A stretch of DNA of 64,000 nucleotides, from NCBI GenBank assembly GCA_965153355.1, contig OZ231126.1:7068001-7132000 (forward strand), written 5' to 3'. Positions 62,691-64,000 of the stretch are shown in pieces. The position numbers were made by a program, and so were the translations under genes. The DNA comes from Flaccisagitta enflata. Taxonomy: Eukaryota. How positions within the stretch are numbered: the first letter of the stretch is position 1; every line of letters starts with the position of its first letter. Below the pieces are notes generated by a model. It did no database searches. It saw only the letters and a list, made by a program, of their open reading frames with translations, and had not been told where the DNA came from.

Positions 62691-63524
62691 AGTTGTTGCT
62701 GCTATTGTGATTGTTGTTGTTGTTGCTGTTGTTGTTGTGGTTGTTGTGGTTGTTGTTGTTGATGTTGTTGTTGTTGATGATGTTATTATTGTCATTCCGA
62801 GAGGTGGAAATTTCCCTTACTTTCGTCTGTTGCCGGGGTTTGGTGGCTAAACTTGATCGATTCTTTATCATTACTCTGCCCATTTAACGTGTCAAAAGGT
62901 GGTAGAGATTATCTGCCAGACAAGGGCAGTGAGGTGCAAAAATTGAGCATAAAATTGACATTGTTCGTTATGGCGCTTTGACAAATATGACTGACCGACG
63001 GGCGGATCAACTGACCAAATAAGTGTTTTCTTGAGCGATTGAAAATCCCACGCTAAAATGAAGCCGAGGCAACCCATGGGATCGCACACTCACTTTGCTC
63101 ACTCCCTCGTGGGATGGTTGAAATTCATGACTATGGGGGCGTTTCTAATCAGAGACAACCGCGTTTTGAAAGGGCCACTCGGTCGCTCGCTACGTTTGTT
63201 CACTCCCTCGTGGGACGGTTGAAATTCTTGAAAATGTGTTCACGCTGTTATCGCGTTTCACAGGAAGAAACGCGTATTTGGCGCTCACTAGAAATGCGCT
63301 CTATGTGTTCATGCTGAAAATGCGTTTCAAGGGAAGAAACACGTTTTTGGCTGTCAGTAGTAGAAATACACCCTTAGGCTGAGCGATTGCTGAAGAGACC
63401 GGAAAATCAAGTCTTGGATGTTGACGAACTCTTGCAAATCAGCATGAATCGAGTCTGTGGAGCCAAACCAGGAGAAATGGTTGATTCCCCACTTCTACTC
63501 ACTCTCAAGAACAGGATTGACCAG
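5650..63524 (+). CDS. SLC9C1: SLC9C-family (sperm-type, sNHE) Na+/H+ exchanger-like protein with voltage-sensing and cyclic-nucleotide-binding domains; multi-exon gene span, 3' end beyond window
   Basis: 26 exons with compatible phases total 4209 nt (1403 codons). Motifs appear in SLC9C order: [26 protein letters not shown] (GESLLND position), [33 protein letters not shown]1-S4 ([18 protein letters not shown]), [25 protein letters not shown]...[19 protein letters not shown]. Family is secure; orthology to SLC9C1 versus a paralog is not. Confidence 0.88.
5745..6000. repeat. Degenerate ~33-bp tandem repeat (tggctcacttgactcaacgcaactctcctcacg-like)
   Basis: About seven imperfect units visible. 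Confidence 0.65.
6273..6788 (-). mobile_element. HINE-like family B element with internal AT-rich tandem array
   Basis: atggtcagcggtaccc core; subTIR pair gtcctgtaggacacaggggtgaat / attcacccctgtgtcctacaggac. Confidence 0.7.
7016..7328. mobile_element. hAT-type MITE
   Basis: CAGG...CCTG termini; perfect 8-bp TSD cttttcag; related copy at 26642. Confidence 0.85.
7548..7741. repeat. 36-bp minisatellite, ~5.5 copies
   Basis: cccacgcggccgatccgctgcgcataactacccctg repeated. Confidence 0.9.
7793..8929 (-). mobile_element. 5'-truncated non-LTR retrotransposon (I-group, Ingi/Vingi-like): RT C-terminal part, thumb and CCHC finger
   Basis: Uninterrupted 376-aa ORF with [40 protein letters not shown]...HLFNCP; GC-rich relative to host; no RNase H between thumb and finger. 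Confidence 0.9.
9100..9363 (+). mobile_element. HINE-like family A variant (agttgcggacacg...gatattgtgaccccgcgtcacttgtt)
   Basis: Near-identical layout at 47140-47402 and, inverted, ~48680-48900. Confidence 0.7.
9585..9672 (+). CDS. SLC9C-like exon ([17 protein letters not shown]..., TM2)
   Basis: ccacag| ... AAC|gtaagc; matches the IPYTVVLLILG helix position. Confidence 0.7.
10218..11358 (-). mobile_element. HINE-like family B1 element with 21-bp tandem array, interrupted by a TIR element and nested in an older family B copy (~9910-11540)
   Basis: Closely similar inverted copy at 56140-56808; ~55-bp subTIRs; gcccaagggc terminal hairpin. Confidence 0.8.
10821..11339. mobile_element. Non-autonomous TIR DNA transposon
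   Basis: TIR ggttgggtgcttcacatagcaaaa / ttttgctatgcgaagcacgcaacc; duplicated target ttcgg (up to ccttcgggg). Confidence 0.8.
11545..12077 (-). mobile_element. HINE-like family B element
   Basis: ggtcagcg core, gacacaggggtgaattt / aaattcaccccagggtcc subTIRs, 20-bp gatttgaggcctggaggg array. Confidence 0.65.
12761..12856 (+). CDS. SLC9C-like exon ([27 protein letters not shown]..., TM3)
   Basis: ggcag| ... TTG|gtatga; matches the CPA1 LPxLxFESAF motif. Confidence 0.85.
13453..14042. mobile_element. MITE with 25-bp TIRs and TA flanks
   Basis: ctatctaggaaatagaaatctttcc / ggaaagatttctatttcctagatag. Confidence 0.8.
14937..15126 (+). CDS. SLC9C-like exon (TM4-TM5, FGSIITATD)
   Basis: gacag|ATG ... 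GTA G|gtaaaa. Confidence 0.9.
15051..16226 (+). repeat. ~110-bp tandem repeat made from the 3' end of the TM5 exon plus its donor, ~8 copies
   Basis: ataactgccacagactg...gagctgtaggtaa recurs at ~15051, 15162, 15261, 15356, 15466, 15608, 15699, 16143. Confidence 0.9.
16444..16539 (+). CDS. SLC9C-like exon (TM6, [18 protein letters not shown])
   Basis: aaacag| ... CAT G|gtaagt; phase 1-1; aligns with EGESLLNDGxAIVxF. Confidence 0.8.
16763..16875 (+). CDS. SLC9C-like exon (TM7, [19 protein letters not shown])
   Basis: ttcttag| ... ATG|gtaagt. Confidence 0.85.
17145..17273 (+). CDS. SLC9C-like exon (TM8-9, [17 protein letters not shown]...KTILSSE)
   Basis: ctacag| ... GAG|gtaaag; matches SGVLAVV...KTSISPE. 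Confidence 0.88.
18031..18139 (+). CDS. SLC9C-like exon (TM10)
   Basis: ctctcag| ... GTT G|gtacgt; phases fit both neighbours. Confidence 0.8.
18322..19737. mobile_element. 1.4-kb foldback MITE, Kolobok-like
   Basis: ~600-bp inverted arms (ctcggcgcttttggagcaaag / ctttgctccaaaaacgccgag); TTAA on both flanks; purine-purine 5' termini. Confidence 0.8.
21108..21780. mobile_element. pogo/Tigger-like MITE
   Basis: TA|cagtgga ... tccactg|TA. Confidence 0.6.
22106..23171 (+). mobile_element. HINE-like family B2 element nested in a family A copy and interrupted by a TIR element
   Basis: ggcagcggccccgaagg 5' subTIR; gggtaccgctgaccat core; 3' end resumes after 23157. Confidence 0.75.
22553..23157. 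mobile_element. CMC-type (Chapaev/CACTA-like) palindromic MITE
   Basis: cactgccctctcatagcaaga / tcttgctgtgagagggtagtg termini; nearly fully palindromic; tttt on both flanks. Confidence 0.8.
23241..23813. mobile_element. CMC-type (Chapaev-like) MITE
   Basis: caccattgcctcagcgacactttgggt / acccaaagtgtccctgagacaatgatg; 4-bp TSD actg; shares the ttcatttgataggtcg core with the 22553 element. Confidence 0.75.
23916..24138 (+). CDS. SLC9C-like exon (TM11-12, WSGLRS)
   Basis: ttttcag| ... AA|gtaggt; CPA1 WxGLRG motif. Confidence 0.92.
24352..24490 (-). pseudogene. Degenerate Tc1-family transposase C-terminal fragment
   Basis: Minus strand reads [10 protein letters not shown] and, after a frameshift, [11 protein letters not shown], resembling the Tc1 ending W..I.PEYL..L..SMP.R..AV....GG.TKY. 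Confidence 0.55.
25836..26010. mobile_element. Small pogo/Tigger-like MITE
   Basis: cagttgaaccccactctaac / gttagagctgagttcaactg; related ends at 24195 and 24969. Confidence 0.65.
26123..26323 (+). CDS. SLC9C-like exon (TM13 and first cytosolic helices, [14 protein letters not shown]...LLMTDR)
   Basis: tttcag| ... AG|gtttgc; matches GIVFLTLLINATT...LKSDR. Confidence 0.9.
26642..26965. mobile_element. hAT-type MITE
   Basis: caggggtgtatataattg / caattatatacaggcctg; perfect 8-bp TSD atttagat. Confidence 0.88.
26983..27372 (+). mobile_element. HINE-like family A2 with 10-bp (agtcatttta) tandem array
   Basis: Similar copies at 27928, 28740(-), 29020, 39008. Confidence 0.75.
29653..29841 (+). CDS. 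SLC9C-like exon (FLADANW...VCPEC...PNSPNDKE)
   Basis: ctctcaag| ... AG|gtaagt; SLC9C signature RFLADADW and CPxC. Confidence 0.93.
30205..30420 (-). mobile_element. Probable 3' end of a CR1/L2-group LINE
   Basis: Minus strand ends AATAAA-ctg-(TTTGA)n; more GC-rich degenerate sequence continues to ~31120 (possible LSDHSPL endonuclease motif). Confidence 0.35.
31529..31806. repeat. Direct duplication of ~95 bp (31529-31621 / 31691-31806)
   Basis: gtggggctatcagggtctaggact...ctagccttcccc occurs twice; the spacer contains a copy of intron start 29853-29890. Confidence 0.8.
32445..33258. mobile_element. Tc1/mariner-pogo-like element with ggggcaaatcgggcc subterminal repeats
   Basis: TA|gaggggtgaggcaaat ... 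atttgccccaccccccc|TA. Confidence 0.65.
33568..34209 (+). mobile_element. HINE-like family B1 element with 21-bp array
   Basis: gtcctgtagaacacagggga subTIRs; ends gcccttgggcgacctgtt. Confidence 0.8.
35631..35890 (+). CDS. SLC9C-like exon ([20 protein letters not shown]...); internal alternative donor at 35742
   Basis: ttttcag| phase 2; matches LRMLKAEKISYWKQFEHGML; 3' boundary is either CCA C|gtatga or GAG|gtaaag. Confidence 0.8.
36220..36472 (+). CDS. Putative insert exon (N/S/T/Q-rich, contains RRFS)
   Basis: gctcag| ... AT|gtagga; 253-nt open frame; phases 1 and 2 fit both neighbours. Confidence 0.55.
36887..37330. mobile_element. TIR element with (c)ccgag/ctgag subrepeats and internal (GA)n(TTG)n microsatellites
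   Basis: gggatttaacccca / tggggtttaatctc. Confidence 0.5.
37423..37657. repeat. Imperfect ~230-bp palindrome (MITE-like)
   Basis: ttacatgaaaagcatacttc / gaagtatgcttttcatgtaa, plus outer arms. Confidence 0.7.
37923..38691. mobile_element. hAT-type MITE
   Basis: caggccctgatttag / ctaaattagggcctg; 8-bp TSD ctatagta/ctgtagta. Confidence 0.85.
38936..39803. mobile_element. Tc1/mariner-like MITE with a nested family A2 element
   Basis: TA|acgggtggtctttaaaaaagtggc ... gctaccttttttatgtccacccgg|TA. Confidence 0.7.
39949..40135 (+). CDS. Putative insert exon ([20 protein letters not shown]...FTWKYI)
   Basis: Coding-like open frame; three phase-2 AG acceptors (39948, 39957, 39960); 3' donor ATT|gtgaca is uncertain. 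Confidence 0.55.
40386..41414 (+). mobile_element. HINE-like family B2 element with long 20-bp tandem array (atcccagcctcgaggcccat)
   Basis: Perfect subTIR gggcagcggccccgaaggggccgatgacctatgct / agcataggtcatcggccccttcggggccgctgccc; 3' core gggtaccgctgaccat. Confidence 0.85.
41830..42112 (+). CDS. SLC9C-like exon (VSD S1-S2)
   Basis: [14 protein letters not shown] ... [14 protein letters not shown]; donor AAA G|gtaagt. Confidence 0.9.
42119..42191. repeat. (TG)n microsatellite just after a splice donor
   Basis: Directly visible. Confidence 0.95.
42406..42554 (+). CDS. SLC9C-like exon (VSD S3, WGLFD)
   Basis: acaag| ... GAT|gtgggt; matches WNxFD. Confidence 0.85.
42572..43777. mobile_element. 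TIR element with a nested second TIR element (42670-43269)
   Basis: Outer atgcgccacatttaggcggaaaatg / cattttccgcctaaatgtggcgcat; inner cagggtgtccaat / attggacaccctg with ttag on both flanks. Confidence 0.8.
44239..44590. repeat. ~350-bp imperfect palindrome (MITE-like)
   Basis: ctataaagtgtgcccgccac / gtggcgggctcactttatag, plus outer arms. Confidence 0.75.
44694..44945 (+). CDS. SLC9C-like exon (VSD S4 and following helices)
   Basis: [13 protein letters not shown] with Arg at every third residue; cttaag| ... AAG|gttggc. Confidence 0.92.
46105..46272 (+). CDS. SLC9C-like exon ([14 protein letters not shown]...GLMEDDD)
   Basis: ttaacag| ... CAG|gtcaga; matches HPGIAVSVKTRQA...GLLDE. Confidence 0.9.
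47427..47630 (+). CDS. SLC9C-like exon (CNBD start)
   Basis: gaatag| ... AAG|gtaaag; LRNFSWL...[10 protein letters not shown]. Confidence 0.9.
48030..48139 (+). CDS. SLC9C-like exon ([14 protein letters not shown])
   Basis: tttgcag| ... AG|gtgcgt. Confidence 0.9.
50252..50480 (+). CDS. SLC9C-like exon (CNBD phosphate-binding cassette); GC donor
   Basis: tgttag| ... AAG|gcaagt; [29 protein letters not shown]. Confidence 0.88.
51657..51837 (+). CDS. SLC9C-like exon (post-CNBD helices, VEARVWQ)
   Basis: atccag| ... AAA G|gtaggc. Confidence 0.85.
51786..53960 (+). repeat. ~105-110-bp tandem repeat made from the 3' end of exon 51657 plus donor, ~8 copies, split by a MITE
   Basis: gccatttccagaggatttgtggtctatattgacagacaac...ctcaaaggtaggc recurs at 51786, 51897, 52008, 52111, 52214/53579, 53649, and degenerately to 53960. 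Confidence 0.9.
52251..53578. mobile_element. 1.3-kb foldback MITE, Chapaev-like
   Basis: CAC...GTG termini; ~600-bp inverted arms; removing the element plus one agag restores the unit length of the host repeat. Confidence 0.85.
54059..54153 (+). CDS. SLC9C-like exon (C-terminal beta domain, [12 protein letters not shown])
   Basis: ttttacag| ... AAG|gttaga; matches DVVLINGTAY. Confidence 0.8.
54626..54710 (+). CDS. SLC9C-like exon ([20 protein letters not shown]...)
   Basis: ttgacag| ... AAA C|gtaatg; matches the xxPCLIP motif position. Confidence 0.7.
54851..55245. mobile_element. Tc1/mariner-type palindromic MITE
   Basis: TA|cagacgggacc...ggtcccgtctg|TA; near-perfect 60-bp TIRs and an inner palindrome. 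Confidence 0.88.
56016..57242 (-). mobile_element. HINE-like family B2 element containing a nested + strand B1 copy (56140-56808)
   Basis: Outer core atggtcagcagtaccc and subTIRs; inner copy is complete and T-flanked. Confidence 0.8.
59707..61377. mobile_element. hAT-like element lying within a (CCT)n tract
   Basis: cagggccacgggcctttcgagag / ctctcaaaagccccgtggcccta; (CCT)n on both sides; no matching TSD. Confidence 0.55.
61873..61973 (+). CDS. SLC9C-like exon ([12 protein letters not shown]...)
   Basis: tggcag| ... GAG|gtttgt; phase 1 fits exon 54626; matches the PRLFVV motif. Confidence 0.72.
61990..62475. mobile_element. hAT-type MITE
   Basis: cagagatta / taatctctg; perfect 8-bp TSD gtctgttg; taacgg/taacga subterminal repeats. 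Confidence 0.85.
62519..62791. repeat. (TTG)n compound microsatellite
   Basis: Directly visible. Confidence 0.95.
63378..63524 (+). CDS. Probable further SLC9C-like exon ([11 protein letters not shown]...KNRIDQ)
   Basis: cccttag| ... CAG|gtattg; 49 open codons, phase 0-0; no recognisable motif. Confidence 0.6.
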
Positions 63525-63531
63525 GTATTGG

Positions 63532-64000
<469 letters not shown>

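Overview
AT-rich, repeat-dense animal (probably invertebrate) genomic DNA. Almost the whole window is one + strand gene, which I assembled by hand from about 26 phase-consistent coding exons (5650 to beyond 63524, about 1400 codons, 3' end outside the window). It encodes an SLC9C/sNHE-type protein: CPA1 Na+/H+ exchanger domain, cytosolic helices, S1-S4 voltage sensor and cyclic-nucleotide-binding domain. The main surprise is that the ion-binding ND motif reads NT and the CNBD phosphate-binding Arg reads Pro, while the voltage sensor is intact. There is also a possibly optional ~196-aa insert with two PKA-type sites. The first 400 bp are the last exon of an upstream gene ending in a ubiquitin-like domain. 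Introns hold two Helentron-associated (HINE/DINE-like) families, many TIR MITEs and foldbacks (hAT, Tc1/mariner-pogo, Kolobok-like, Chapaev-like), a 5'-truncated LINE with an open ORF, and microsatellites. Exon 3' ends, including splice donors, have been tandemly amplified into the following intron at several places. All comparisons with known proteins are from memory; no searches were run.
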